Assembly (NCBI GenBank): GCA_963707025.1
Contig: CAVPOM010000018.1
Coordinates: forward strand, 192,001-256,000
DNA from: an uncultured Verrucomicrobiae bacterium
GTDB lineage: Bacteria > Verrucomicrobiota > Verrucomicrobiia > Limisphaerales > Palsa-1400
DNA length: 64,000 bases
Direction of reading: 5' to 3'
The first letter of the stretch is position 1. Each line of letters starts with the position of its first letter. Below the pieces are notes generated by a model. It was not told the origin of the DNA. It worked only from the letters and a program-made list of their open reading frames with translations, and ran no database searches. The translations under genes and the position numbers were made by a program. Shown in pieces: positions 40,794 through 49,637 of the stretch.

Positions 40794-40821
40794 TTGCGCG
40801 TCCAAGGGGGCATGGTAAATT
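40794..40821 (+). promoter_or_regulatory. Leaderless promoter of TA cassette B
   Basis: TTGCGC-16-TAAATT-6-ATG(40828), with an extended -10 TG. Confidence 0.7.
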
Positions 40822-40827
40822 AATGCC

Positions 40828-41049
40828 ATGAGTTCGGAAACAATATTCAAAGAAGCCCGCGCACTTCCATTCGTGGAACAAATTGAGCTGTGCCGCAACC
40901 TTTGGAATGGAATCGTGGGTTCGCACGAACTGACGCCCGGCGAAGCGGAACTAATTGACCGCCGTCTGCAAGACCACCTGGAGAATCCCAACGACGTGGT
41001 TTCGTGGGAAGAAGTCAAAGCCAAGCTCGACGCGAAATACCGAAAATGA
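40828..41049 (+). CDS. Addiction-module antitoxin (TIGR02574-like)
   Basis: LPFVEQIELCRNLWNGI, LT..E..LIDRRL, VSWEEVKAKL. Confidence 0.88.
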   Translation: MSSETIFKEARALPFVEQIELCRNLWNGIVGSHELTPGEAELIDRRLQDHLENPNDVVSWEEVKAKLDAKYRK

Positions 41050-41345
41050 AACGCGGATTCGTCCTTCGCCGCGTCGCGGAACTGGAGTATGACGATTCCA
41101 TCGCTTGGTATGAAGGCGAACGGGAAGGCTTGGGGCAGGAATTTCGAGCCACCATCGAGAAATACTTTCACCGCATCGCCGAAACCCCCGAGCGGTTTCC
41201 GAAAGTCAGAGGCGAGGTCCGGCGAGCAGTCGTTCTCGGCCGCTTTCCGTATGTAATTCACTTTCTCGTCGAAAAGGATGGCATCGTGATTATGTCCGTA
41301 TTTCATACGAGCCGCGAACCGGAACAACTGAAATACCGGCGATAA
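41046..41345 (+). CDS. RelE/ParE family toxin
   Basis: AELEY..SIAWYE.ER.GLG.EF, PERFP, RFPYVIHF, SVFHTSREP; ATG at 41046 overlaps the antitoxin stop. Confidence 0.9.
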   Translation: MKRGFVLRRVAELEYDDSIAWYEGEREGLGQEFRATIEKYFHRIAETPERFPKVRGEVRRAVVLGRFPYVIHFLVEKDGIVIMSVFHTSREPEQLKYRR

Positions 41346-41350
41346 GATTC

Positions 41351-41414
41351 TCGCGGTGCGGTTCGTGCGAATCTCGGTCTGCCGGATTTTTCTGGGAATC
41401 TCGCGGGGAATCAT
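41351..41414 (-). repeat. Diverged copy of the 5' end of the DUF58 gene (copy 1, retains its ATG)
   Basis: Translates MIPREIPRKIRQTEIRTNRTA versus resident MIPRDILKKIRQIELRTTRLV. Confidence 0.9.
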
Positions 41415-41806
41415 TTTCCTTTGCTCAACCGTATTTCGATGAATGCTGTCAATTCTTCTGGCGAAACCAATTTTGCTTCGATGCAGCGAATCAAAGTTCT
41501 GCGCTGTTTAACCATCCAATTGCTGTGTTTCAAAGCATCTGCAACTTCGCTCGCCGTCAACCCCAAACCATCGTGTTCAGCTTGATGGTGTTTTTCGCAA
41601 AGCGTAATCAGATTCTCGTCTAATTCATTCCACGGTTCACTGGTTGTGTAGTTGCGATGGTGAGCATTCAGGTCGCCAGCGTGGTCGCCTTCGGATTGGC
41701 AACGCCAGCCGTCACGTTCCATCATGATTTTGCGCTTTGCTCGCCAGCGCGGATCGTCAAAGAATTTCTGCGGAACGCGTGGCCGAGGTTTGTATTTAGT
41801 TGCCAT
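41411..41806 (-). CDS. HNH endonuclease-like protein, low GC
   Basis: W...R..I.ERDGWRCQ, LNAHH, ENLITLCEKHH..EH. Confidence 0.8.
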   Translation of the reverse strand: MATKYKPRPRVPQKFFDDPRWRAKRKIMMERDGWRCQSEGDHAGDLNAHHRNYTTSEPWNELDENLITLCEKHHQAEHDGLGLTASEVADALKHSNWMVKQRRTLIRCIEAKLVSPEELTAFIEIRLSKGK

Positions 41807-41815
41807 ATTCCACGC

Positions 41816-42808
41816 TCACGGCACGGGCAGTTCGTTGAAGATTTTGGTGATGATGGTTTCGCTGGTTTTTTCCTCGGCCTCGGCTTCGTAGGTCACGGTG
41901 ACGCGGTGGCGCAGGACATCCATGCCGATGCTCTTGACATCCTGGGGGGTGACGTAGCCGCGCCCCCGCAAAAAGGCGAAGGCCTTGGCGGCCAGGGTAA
42001 GGGCGATGGTGGCGCGGGGCGAGGCCCCAAGCTGGATCAGGCCCTGGAGTCCCTGGATTTTATAGGCGGCCGGATCGCGGGTGCAGCAAACCATGTCCAC
42101 AATGTAATCCTTGACCTTGTCATCAATATAAATGTCGTTGATGACCTGGCGGGCCTCCAGGATTTGCCGGGCGCTGACCACCGGGCTGGCGGCGGGGATG
42201 GCGCCGGTGCGGGCCATTAAATCCAGGATCTGGCGCTCCTCCTCGCGCGAGGGATAGACAATTTTCAGCTTCAACATGAAGCGGTCCACCTGGGCCTCCG
42301 GCAGCGGATAGGTGCCTTCCTGTTCGATGGGATTTTGCGTGGCCAGCACCAGGAACGGTTCTTCCAGCTTGAAGGACTGGTCTCCAATGGTGACCTGTTT
42401 TTCCTGCATCGCTTCCAGGAGCGCGCTTTGCACCTTGGCCGGGGCGCGGTTGATTTCGTCGGCCAGGACCAGATTGGCGAAAATCGGCCCGCGCCGGGTG
42501 GTGAAGGCGCCGGTCTGCGGATTGTAAATCTGCGTGCCGATCAAGTCGGCCGGGAGCAGGTCGGGGGTGAATTGCAGGCGGGAAAACTTGACATTCAGGC
42601 ACGCCGACAAGACCTTGACGGACAAGGTTTTAGCCAGACCCGGCACGCCTTCCAGCAGGACGTGACCGTTGGCCAGCAAACCAATGGCCAACCGTTCCAC
42701 CAGGTAATTCTGGCCGACGACGACCTTGGCAATTTCACTAAAGAGGGGCCGGACAAAGGCGCTGGCCCGTTGCACCTCATCGTTGATGGCACTGATTCCG
42801 GTATTCAT
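41816..42808 (-). CDS. moxR: MoxR family AAA+ ATPase
   Basis: HVLLEGVPGLAKT, RLQFTPDLLPAD, ADEINRAPAKVQSALLEAM, ATQNPIEQEGTYPLPEAQ.DRF, GASPRA. Confidence 0.96.
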   Translation of the reverse strand: MNTGISAINDEVQRASAFVRPLFSEIAKVVVGQNYLVERLAIGLLANGHVLLEGVPGLAKTLSVKVLSACLNVKFSRLQFTPDLLPADLIGTQIYNPQTGAFTTRRGPIFANLVLADEINRAPAKVQSALLEAMQEKQVTIGDQSFKLEEPFLVLATQNPIEQEGTYPLPEAQVDRFMLKLKIVYPSREEERQILDLMARTGAIPAASPVVSARQILEARQVINDIYIDDKVKDYIVDMVCCTRDPAAYKIQGLQGLIQLGASPRATIALTLAAKAFAFLRGRGYVTPQDVKSIGMDVLRHRVTVTYEAEAEEKTSETIITKIFNELPVP

Positions 42809-42921
42809 AATTACAAACAGCAAATAATAATGCCTAAAAGACAGCCGGATTTCAAACTTTGTTCAGAAAAAATCCATTGGGAAAAGCCCCGGCAACACGC
42901 CCAAAGGACCTGCGGCGGAGA

Positions 42922-44427
42922 TTATCCGGCAGAGGCGGCCAGTTCCTCCTCAAAATCCACAATCTCTTTTATTTGCACCAGGAACCAGCGGTCAATTTTG
43001 GTGAGTTGGAAGATTTCCTCGACGGTGAAGCCGGCGCGCAAGGCGTGACGGATGAAGAAAATGCGCTCGGCGTTGGGCGAACTGAGTTTCTGGCTGATGA
43101 TTTCCCGCGGCAAAATATCGCGGTCCTGATAGATGGTGGCGCCGAGGCGCCAGGGCCTGCCGTCGCCGCCCAAACCGGCGCGGCCGATTTCCAGCGAGCG
43201 GAGGGCCTTTTGCAGCGATTCCTTGAAGGTGCGCCCGATGGCCATGGCTTCGCCGACCGATTTCATCTGGGTGTGCAGGGTGGGATCGGCCTGCGGAAAT
43301 TTCTCGAAGGCAAAGCGCGGCACCTTGGTCACCACATAATCAATGGTCGGCTCAAAACTGGCCGGGGTCAGGCGGGTGATGTCGTTGCGGATTTCGTCCA
43401 GCAAATAACCGACCGCCAGCTTGGCGGCGATCTTGGCGATGGGAAAACCGGTGGCCTTGGAGGCCAGCGCCGAGGAGCGCGAGACCCGCGGGTTCATTTC
43501 AATGATGACCATGCGCCCGTTGTCCGGGTTGACGCCAAATTGGATGTTGGAGCCGCCCGTCTCCACCCCCACCGCGCGAATCACGGCGAAACTGGCGTCG
43601 CGCATGAGTTGATATTCCTTGTCGGTCAAGGTCTGAATGGGGGCGACGGTGATGGAGTCGCCGGTATGCACACCCATGGGATCGAAGTTTTCAATGGAGC
43701 ATATAATGACGCAGTTGTCGGCCTTGTCGCGCATGACTTCCATTTCAAATTCCTTCCAGCCGAGCAAGGATTCTTCGATGAGAATTTCCGAGACGGGGGA
43801 CAGCTCCAGCCCGCGCCGGGCCATGATGTCAAATTCCTCGCGATTGTAGGCAATGCCGCCGCCGGTGCCGCCCAGGGTATAGGCCGGGCGAATGATGAGC
43901 GGGAAAGGCCCGACGCGCTCGGCCACGGCGCGCGATTCCTCCAAATTATGGGCCGTGCCGCTGATGGGGACATCCAGCCCGATGGAGAGCATGAGGTCCT
44001 TGAAAATCTGCCGGTCTTCGCCCCGCTCGATGGCGGCGGCGTTGGCGCCGATCATTTCCACGCCGTATTTTTCCAGGGTGCCGCTCCGGGCCAGGGCCAT
44101 GGCCGTGTTGAGGGCGGTTTGTCCGCCCAGGGTTGGCAGCAGGGCCAGTTTGCCCGTAGCGCCCGTCCGCCGCATTTCCTCCGCTTCGCGCGCGATGATT
44201 TTCTCCACCGCCTCCGGGGTGATGGGTTCGAGGTAGGTGCGGTCGGCGAATTCCGGGTCGGTCATGATGGTGGCGGGATTGGAATTGACCAGGACAATGC
44301 GATAGCCCTCCTCGCGCAAAGCCTTGCAGGCCTGCGTTCCCGAGTAATCGAATTCGCAGGCCTGGCCGATGATGATCGGCCCGGCGCCGATAATCAGCAC
44401 CGAGTGAATGTCTGGGCGCCTGGGCAT
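42922..44427 (-). CDS. carB: Carbamoyl-phosphate synthase large subunit, N-terminal half only (501 aa)
   Basis: [49 protein letters not shown]; stops shortly after IDRWFL. Confidence 0.9.
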   Translation of the reverse strand: MPRRPDIHSVLIIGAGPIIIGQACEFDYSGTQACKALREEGYRIVLVNSNPATIMTDPEFADRTYLEPITPEAVEKIIAREAEEMRRTGATGKLALLPTLGGQTALNTAMALARSGTLEKYGVEMIGANAAAIERGEDRQIFKDLMLSIGLDVPISGTAHNLEESRAVAERVGPFPLIIRPAYTLGGTGGGIAYNREEFDIMARRGLELSPVSEILIEESLLGWKEFEMEVMRDKADNCVIICSIENFDPMGVHTGDSITVAPIQTLTDKEYQLMRDASFAVIRAVGVETGGSNIQFGVNPDNGRMVIIEMNPRVSRSSALASKATGFPIAKIAAKLAVGYLLDEIRNDITRLTPASFEPTIDYVVTKVPRFAFEKFPQADPTLHTQMKSVGEAMAIGRTFKESLQKALRSLEIGRAGLGGDGRPWRLGATIYQDRDILPREIISQKLSSPNAERIFFIRHALRAGFTVEEIFQLTKIDRWFLVQIKEIVDFEEELAASAG

Positions 44428-44507
44428 AAAGCGGGCGAAACTTTAAGGCATTTGCCCGCGGTTGCCAGCGTTTTTCTGCAAAGCTGCCACCGGCCATGCC
44501 CGCTGCC

Positions 44508-45440
44508 TCACCCGGCCAGCCCCCGCACCGTGGCTTCCAAACTGGCGGCGTCGGCGATGTTGAAACTCTGAGCCCGCGGGTCAATTCGTTTCAAGAAACC
44601 GCTCAAGGTCGTGCCCGGTCCCAGTTCGATGAAGCGCGTGAACCCCTCCTCCAGCAAATAGCGCATGGAATCCTCCCAGCGCACTTCCGAGGTCACTTGC
44701 TCGACCAGGCGGGCGGCGATGGCGTCGGGGCTGGTATGCGGCCGCGCCGTGACATTGGAAATGACCGCCGCCGCCGGGAAATTTATGGAGACAGCCGCGA
44801 GCATGGCCGCCACCTTGGGCCGCGCGCCCGCCATGAGGCGGGAGTGATAGGCCCCCGCCACCGGGAGGGGGACCGCCCGTTTGGCGCCTTTGCTTTTGGC
44901 CAGTTGGCAGGCCCGCGCGATTTTTTCCGTCTCGCCCGAAATGACGATTTGCCCCGGGCAATTCAAATTGGCCACCTCAACGTCCGCCTCGGCGCAAACG
45001 GCGCGGGTGGCGTCCAGATCCAGCCCCAGCACCGCGGCCATGCCGCCGCGGGTCAGATCGCACGCTTCCTGCATGAAACGGCCCCGTTGCCGCGCGAGCT
45101 TGAGGCCGTCGCCAAACTCAAAAACTCCCGCCGCCGTCAGGGCGGTCATTTCCCCCAGCGACAAGCCCGCCGCCGCCTGAAAGGAGAATCCCGGCACGCT
45201 TTCCTTTAACAATTGCAGCGCCAGCCAGCTCACCAGAAAAATGGCGGGCTGGGCGTTTTCCGTTTTTGTCAATTCCTCTTCCGGCCCGTGGGAGCAGAGG
45301 GCGGGGAGATCAAAGCCGAGGAGGGCGCGGCCTTGCTCCAGCCAGGGCCGGGTGGAGGGGAACCCTTCGGCCAAATCGCGGCCCATGCCGGGGTATTGGG
45401 CGCCCTGGCCGGCGAACAACAGTGCGGTTTTAGGCATCAC
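44508..45440 (-). CDS. fabD: Malonyl CoA-ACP transacylase
   Basis: LFAGQGAQ..GMG, TENAQPAI, GLSLGE, AN.NCPGQ.VISG, GAYHS, ELGPG. Confidence 0.95.
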   Translation of the reverse strand: MMPKTALLFAGQGAQYPGMGRDLAEGFPSTRPWLEQGRALLGFDLPALCSHGPEEELTKTENAQPAIFLVSWLALQLLKESVPGFSFQAAAGLSLGEMTALTAAGVFEFGDGLKLARQRGRFMQEACDLTRGGMAAVLGLDLDATRAVCAEADVEVANLNCPGQIVISGETEKIARACQLAKSKGAKRAVPLPVAGAYHSRLMAGARPKVAAMLAAVSINFPAAAVISNVTARPHTSPDAIAARLVEQVTSEVRWEDSMRYLLEEGFTRFIELGPGTTLSGFLKRIDPRAQSFNIADAASLEATVRGLAG

Positions 45441-46195
45441 GTCCCCTCACTAAACCACGAACCGCCCGCCGGGGAAAACAGATTTTTGGCCGGCGGCGGC
45501 GCGCCCGGTTGCAGCCGGGCCAGAAATTCTGAAATCGCGCGGACCGAAGCTTCTGGGTGAACCTGGAGAATGAGATGCGGCGACGCAATCCTTTCGAGGT
45601 GAGTCTCTGGAAACCGCCGTTGGACGATTTTAAAATCGCGCGGCTTGACCAAACGGTCTTGTCCCGCCTGCAAATAGAGCAACGGGAAATTCAACGCCGC
45701 CGGCACGAAATCCTCATCGAATTCCAGCAGAACAGAAAACCGGTGCGCCAACACGCGGGGGGAAACCCCGCCAAGCGCATGATAAAACAAAGCAACAACT
45801 TCCTCGGCCGCATCTCCCAATAAAAACCGGCGAACCAGCCAGCGGGGCAGCCGCGTCCTGGTCAGAGCGGTTCCGCAAAATCTTAAGACCGCGATCAAAA
45901 TTCGAGGCGGGGGACATTGCGCGAAGGAGGCGCACAAGACTACCGCTTTGGGAGGCATGACATGGCGCGAAGCTGCCTTCAGCGCGATGGGGCCGGAAAA
46001 AGATTCGGCGACCAAAACGTAAGGTTCACTTTGCGGAAGATGGGCGAGCACAAGCCCGGCCAATTCATCGGCGGAACAGCTCCGGTCAGCCGGGTAAGCC
46101 ACCACCCCCGGCTCAATCTCCGGCGGCAGCACACGAAGCAACGGTGCAAACAAAATCCCTGTTCCATCAAATCCCGGCAGAAAAATCCATTTCAT
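45437..46195 (-). CDS. Alpha/beta hydrolase fold protein
   Basis: FLPGFDGTG.LF, VLVAESFSG, D.LV, PHL; lower GC than its neighbours. Confidence 0.82.
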   Translation of the reverse strand: MKWIFLPGFDGTGILFAPLLRVLPPEIEPGVVAYPADRSCSADELAGLVLAHLPQSEPYVLVAESFSGPIALKAASRHVMPPKAVVLCASFAQCPPPRILIAVLRFCGTALTRTRLPRWLVRRFLLGDAAEEVVALFYHALGGVSPRVLAHRFSVLLEFDEDFVPAALNFPLLYLQAGQDRLVKPRDFKIVQRRFPETHLERIASPHLILQVHPEASVRAISEFLARLQPGAPPPAKNLFSPAGGSWFSEGT

Positions 46196-46227
46196 CTCGT
46201 GGAAGACCGCGATTGACAGGCTGATCT

Positions 46228-46260
46228 TCAATCCGTAATGCGCAATCCGCAATCCGCAAT
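46228..46260. repeat. Heptamer tandem repeat (CCGCAAT-like)
   Basis: tcaatccgtaatgcgcaatccgcaatccgcaat. Confidence 0.7.
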
Positions 46261-46266
46261 GTCACA

Positions 46267-47673
46267 TCACGCTGCTCCCTTGCAGCCAAACAATTTCCGC
46301 TCGCGGATGATTTTGGCGACTTGGGGCGGCACGGCGGCTTCCCAAGCCGGGTCGCCCGCGCGAATTTTGGCGAGGATTTCCCGCGAAAAAATGGGGAGCG
46401 ATTTTTCGTCGTAGTCGCGCAGGCCTTCGATGAACCGGTTCTCCATGAGGTAGGCGTGGAGATGGCGCAAATTGGGGGCCACGCGCAAATTGCCCGCGGT
46501 GATGAGGGCGCCCGTTTTGGCCTCGAGCAACGGATAAACATAGAGCTTCAAATCGTTGCGGAACAGGCGCCCAAAGGATTCCAACAGGCCGCCCTCGAGG
46601 TCGGCGTAGTACTTTTCGTCAAAAACTTCCTTCAAAGTCGGCACCCCCATGGCCACGCCGATCATCTTTTTGGTGTAGCGGAAGAAGTAGGCGGCCAGGC
46701 GGTGGTACTCCGCAAAATCGGAAATGAGAACCGTTTTGCCCAGGGCGCCCAGAATATCCACGCGATCCAGAAAATCGCGCGGATCAATTTTGTCCCCGTC
46801 CGTCAGGTTTTTCAGGGTCATTTCCATCAGCGTGAGCACGTCTTCGCCCTGCACCATTGGTTCCTGCACAAAGAGCGCCTGGGCGCAGCGCAACATGTCC
46901 AGGGTGACATTGGTGACGGGGCGGAAACTGCCGCGCTCGACCAGGATGCACTTTTTGTAAAAGGCGTCGGCGGGTTGGACGACCTGGCCGTCGGCGGTGA
47001 ACAAGACGGCGTTGGTCAGGCCGCTCTGCACCAGTTGCAGGGCCATGAGGCGGTTGTCCAAATGGGCGAAGGCCGGCCCGGTGAGCTGGATCATGTCCAC
47101 CTCGACCCTGGCGGCGCCCACATTGTCCACCAGCGAGACGATCATGGTGTTGGGATCGGCGTGCAGGTACATGGCGCCGTGAACAAGGTTGACCCCAACA
47201 ATGCCGAGGGCCTCCTGTTCGGCCAGATTTTCTTTGTCCCACAAGCGGACGTGGGCGATGATTTGCGAAGGTTCCTCTCCCGGCTCCTTTTGAAAGCGGA
47301 TGCCCAGCCAGCCGTGGGCGTCGTCATGGCGCGAATAACTGCGCGCCGTGACCGTGTCGGCGAAGACGAAAAAGCGGGTGTTGGCGCCGCGTTTTTGCGC
47401 CAGCCGCTCCACCAGCAGGCCGTATTCACGCTGCAGCATGGTCTCCAGCCGCTGGCGGCTGACATAACGCTCGGCCTGGCCGTAGATGGCGTCGCTGATG
47501 GTCATGTCGTAGGCGGAAATGGTTTTGGCAATGGTCCCGGCCGCGCCGCCGACGCGGAAGAACCATCGCGCCACCTCCTGGCCGGCGCCGATCTCGGCGA
47601 AGGTGCCGTACTTGGCCGGGTCGAGGTTGACCTGGAGGGCCTTTTGGTGCGTGCTTATTATTTCTCGTTCCAT
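46267..47673 (-). CDS. Conserved cytoplasmic protein with a nucleotidyltransferase-like C-terminal region
   Basis: KAL..NLD...YGTFAEIGAGQEVARWFFRVGGAAGTIAK; RGSFRPVT; no signal peptide. Confidence 0.75.
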   Translation of the reverse strand: MEREIISTHQKALQVNLDPAKYGTFAEIGAGQEVARWFFRVGGAAGTIAKTISAYDMTISDAIYGQAERYVSRQRLETMLQREYGLLVERLAQKRGANTRFFVFADTVTARSYSRHDDAHGWLGIRFQKEPGEEPSQIIAHVRLWDKENLAEQEALGIVGVNLVHGAMYLHADPNTMIVSLVDNVGAARVEVDMIQLTGPAFAHLDNRLMALQLVQSGLTNAVLFTADGQVVQPADAFYKKCILVERGSFRPVTNVTLDMLRCAQALFVQEPMVQGEDVLTLMEMTLKNLTDGDKIDPRDFLDRVDILGALGKTVLISDFAEYHRLAAYFFRYTKKMIGVAMGVPTLKEVFDEKYYADLEGGLLESFGRLFRNDLKLYVYPLLEAKTGALITAGNLRVAPNLRHLHAYLMENRFIEGLRDYDEKSLPIFSREILAKIRAGDPAWEAAVPPQVAKIIRERKLFGCKGAA

Positions 47674-47816
47674 GTCTGCACGAAATCAGGGTTTATCATC
47701 ACTGCTCAATGCACTGCTGACCATTGTTTAATCACGGCTTGCCTTGGTGGAAAGTTTAATGTGGCGCGAACTCACGGCCGGCGCGGCAAAAATCAGGACG
47801 GGGTTGGATTGGCAAA

Positions 47817-47860
47817 GAATGGGACGGATGGGACGGATGGGACGGATGGGACGCATGGCG
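47817..47860. repeat. 9-bp tandem repeat (GGGACGGAT), about 4 copies
   Basis: gaatgggacggatgggacggatgggacggatgggacgcatggcg. Confidence 0.85.
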
Positions 47861-47876
47861 GGAAGTGTTTTTAGCC

Positions 47877-48953
47877 TCACCGCCGGAAGGGCGGTGGCGG
47901 GATTTTGAGGACCAATTTGCGCGCTTCTTCGGCGGTGGTGACATCCTTGTCCAAGGGCAGCAGCAGCCATTTTTCCGGGAAGATGAAGCTGGCCCCGGGG
48001 GCCAGGGTGGCTTCGGGGCTGAGCGGATCCAGCTCCGTCACCCGGCGGTCGAAATAGACTTCCACCGAGTTGCCGCCGCCGCCGTAGTCCCCCCCCGGCG
48101 AAAATAAATAGTACTTGACAAAGAGGAGCCGCCCCCGCGCGTAGGCGATCCATTGGCCGTCGCTGTCCGCGCCCAGGCGGGTGGCGTCCCCGCCCGTTTC
48201 CGCCACCAGCACCCCGCCCAGCAGGCTGACGGCGGAGGAGCCGGGGTGGTCGCCATCATAGTATTTTTGCCCGCCGGCTTCCCGGATGCGGGCCCAGCCG
48301 GCTTTGAACCGGCTTTTTTTATTGAGCGGGAAAAGGACAAAACCGCCGCCCTTGCAAAACGTCCGGTCGGCCAGGCCATACTTGACAGGATTGTCGGAGA
48401 TGTTGCGCAGGCATTGCACCAAGCCCAGTTCGCCGGTGTCGCCCGCCAGCACAAAATCCTTGTCCAGCGCCACGCCCAGGGTCGCGTCCGGGCGGCTGAA
48501 AACCCGGGCGGAGAAATTGGCGTCGGCCTGCCAGCGTTGCGGCCCTTCGGACAGTTGCCAGTGGTCGGGCAGGACGCGGGCGCCCGCGGTGGCATCACAT
48601 TGGTAGCCGCCGAGAAAAAGGTCCTCGTTTTTCAAGCCCAGCGTGGCGCCCTGGCTGGCGGAATTCTCCAGCAAAATGTTCGCGCCGTTCCAACTGTAGT
48701 GCATGATCCGCCCGCCGACCGCCGGGACGACGACGGCCTGGACGGGTTTTTCGCTGGCGTTGAGAAACAGGCAGTTGGCCCATCCGGTGTAATCCCGCAA
48801 CTCCACGCCGGCCGGCAACTCATGCTGGGTCTGGCCGCGGCCGGCCACAAGGCCAAGCCACAGGGCCAGAACATAAAAAACACGTTGATTAGGCTTGATT
48901 AGGCTTGATTGATGTTGATTGGAAAAGCCCTTTCTTGCGCGTAAGTAGTTCAT
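47877..48953 (-). CDS. Secreted hypothetical protein, galactose-mutarotase-like (DUF4380-type)
   Basis: YTGW..C..L, VVPAVGGRIMHY...G.NIL, SVEVY, ELDPLSP...L.PG; start codon uncertain. Confidence 0.65.
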   Translation of the reverse strand: MNYLRARKGFSNQHQSSLIKPNQRVFYVLALWLGLVAGRGQTQHELPAGVELRDYTGWANCLFLNASEKPVQAVVVPAVGGRIMHYSWNGANILLENSASQGATLGLKNEDLFLGGYQCDATAGARVLPDHWQLSEGPQRWQADANFSARVFSRPDATLGVALDKDFVLAGDTGELGLVQCLRNISDNPVKYGLADRTFCKGGGFVLFPLNKKSRFKAGWARIREAGGQKYYDGDHPGSSAVSLLGGVLVAETGGDATRLGADSDGQWIAYARGRLLFVKYYLFSPGGDYGGGGNSVEVYFDRRVTELDPLSPEATLAPGASFIFPEKWLLLPLDKDVTTAEEARKLVLKIPPPPFRR

Positions 48954-49232
48954 GGATAGTAACTTCCATTGATTTGCCGCAAAAAGGCGCAAAAGGCGCA
49001 GAAACAGCCACTTTTTCGGAGCTGGGAACACTTAAAGACTGTCATCGCGGGGGCGAATCCGCGCGCAAAGGCAAACGAGTTCAGCGCAGCCAAGCGGAAC
49101 CAAAGGAATTGAGCACCGGATTTCACGGATTTCATGGATAAAAAGGACTCTTCAACGCCAAGACGCCAAGACGCCAAGACGCCAAGGCGGAAAAAGCTCT
49201 TTGTGCCTTCGCGTCTTGGCGGCTTTGCGTTA
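48886..49232. repeat. Cluster of different short tandem and inverted repeats
   Basis: (ttgattaggc)n at 48886, (cgcaaaaag)n at 48978, (ggatttcac)n at 49118, (acgccaag)x4 at 49155 with inverted partner at 49203-49231. Confidence 0.8.
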
Positions 49233-49637
49233 AAAATCCCACTGCCATTCGCGGTAAAATCTTTGCGGAAAGGAGTGATGGCAGCGGAGGGAAGATCATC
49301 CTTGTTGAAATTCCCGCTCCGGGATGCCGCCGCGCGCTCCAAGACCGCGCCTGCGCCGGGAGCCTCCTCCCGGATGCGGCCTTGGACTGTGCCTCCGTGT
49401 CTCACGCTGAGTATTCAACCATAGGTTCTAATTTTTGTCAAGCTCCTGTTGGAAAGTGGATTTTGTCATGGGAACCTCGTTCGAACCAGACTGACAAGGC
49501 AAAATCATTGAGGGCAAAATCATGCGGAAATCCGAATGAACTTGGGGTAACCCTTTCGCTGACACTTTCACCTTTCAGATATTAATCTCTCCCCTCCCCG
49601 GCTTGCATTAGAGCGCCCCGTCGCGTACAATGGCAAC

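Noticed and set aside
39890..41414. CRISPR or classical integron interpretation of the repeats
   Set aside because: The repeats are coding-derived, diverged and about 630-830 bp apart; no cas genes, intI or attC palindromes were seen.
46196..46232. LKISLSIAVFHE resembling a GT2 gene start before the hydrolase
   Set aside because: Too short and weak to call a gene-start fragment.
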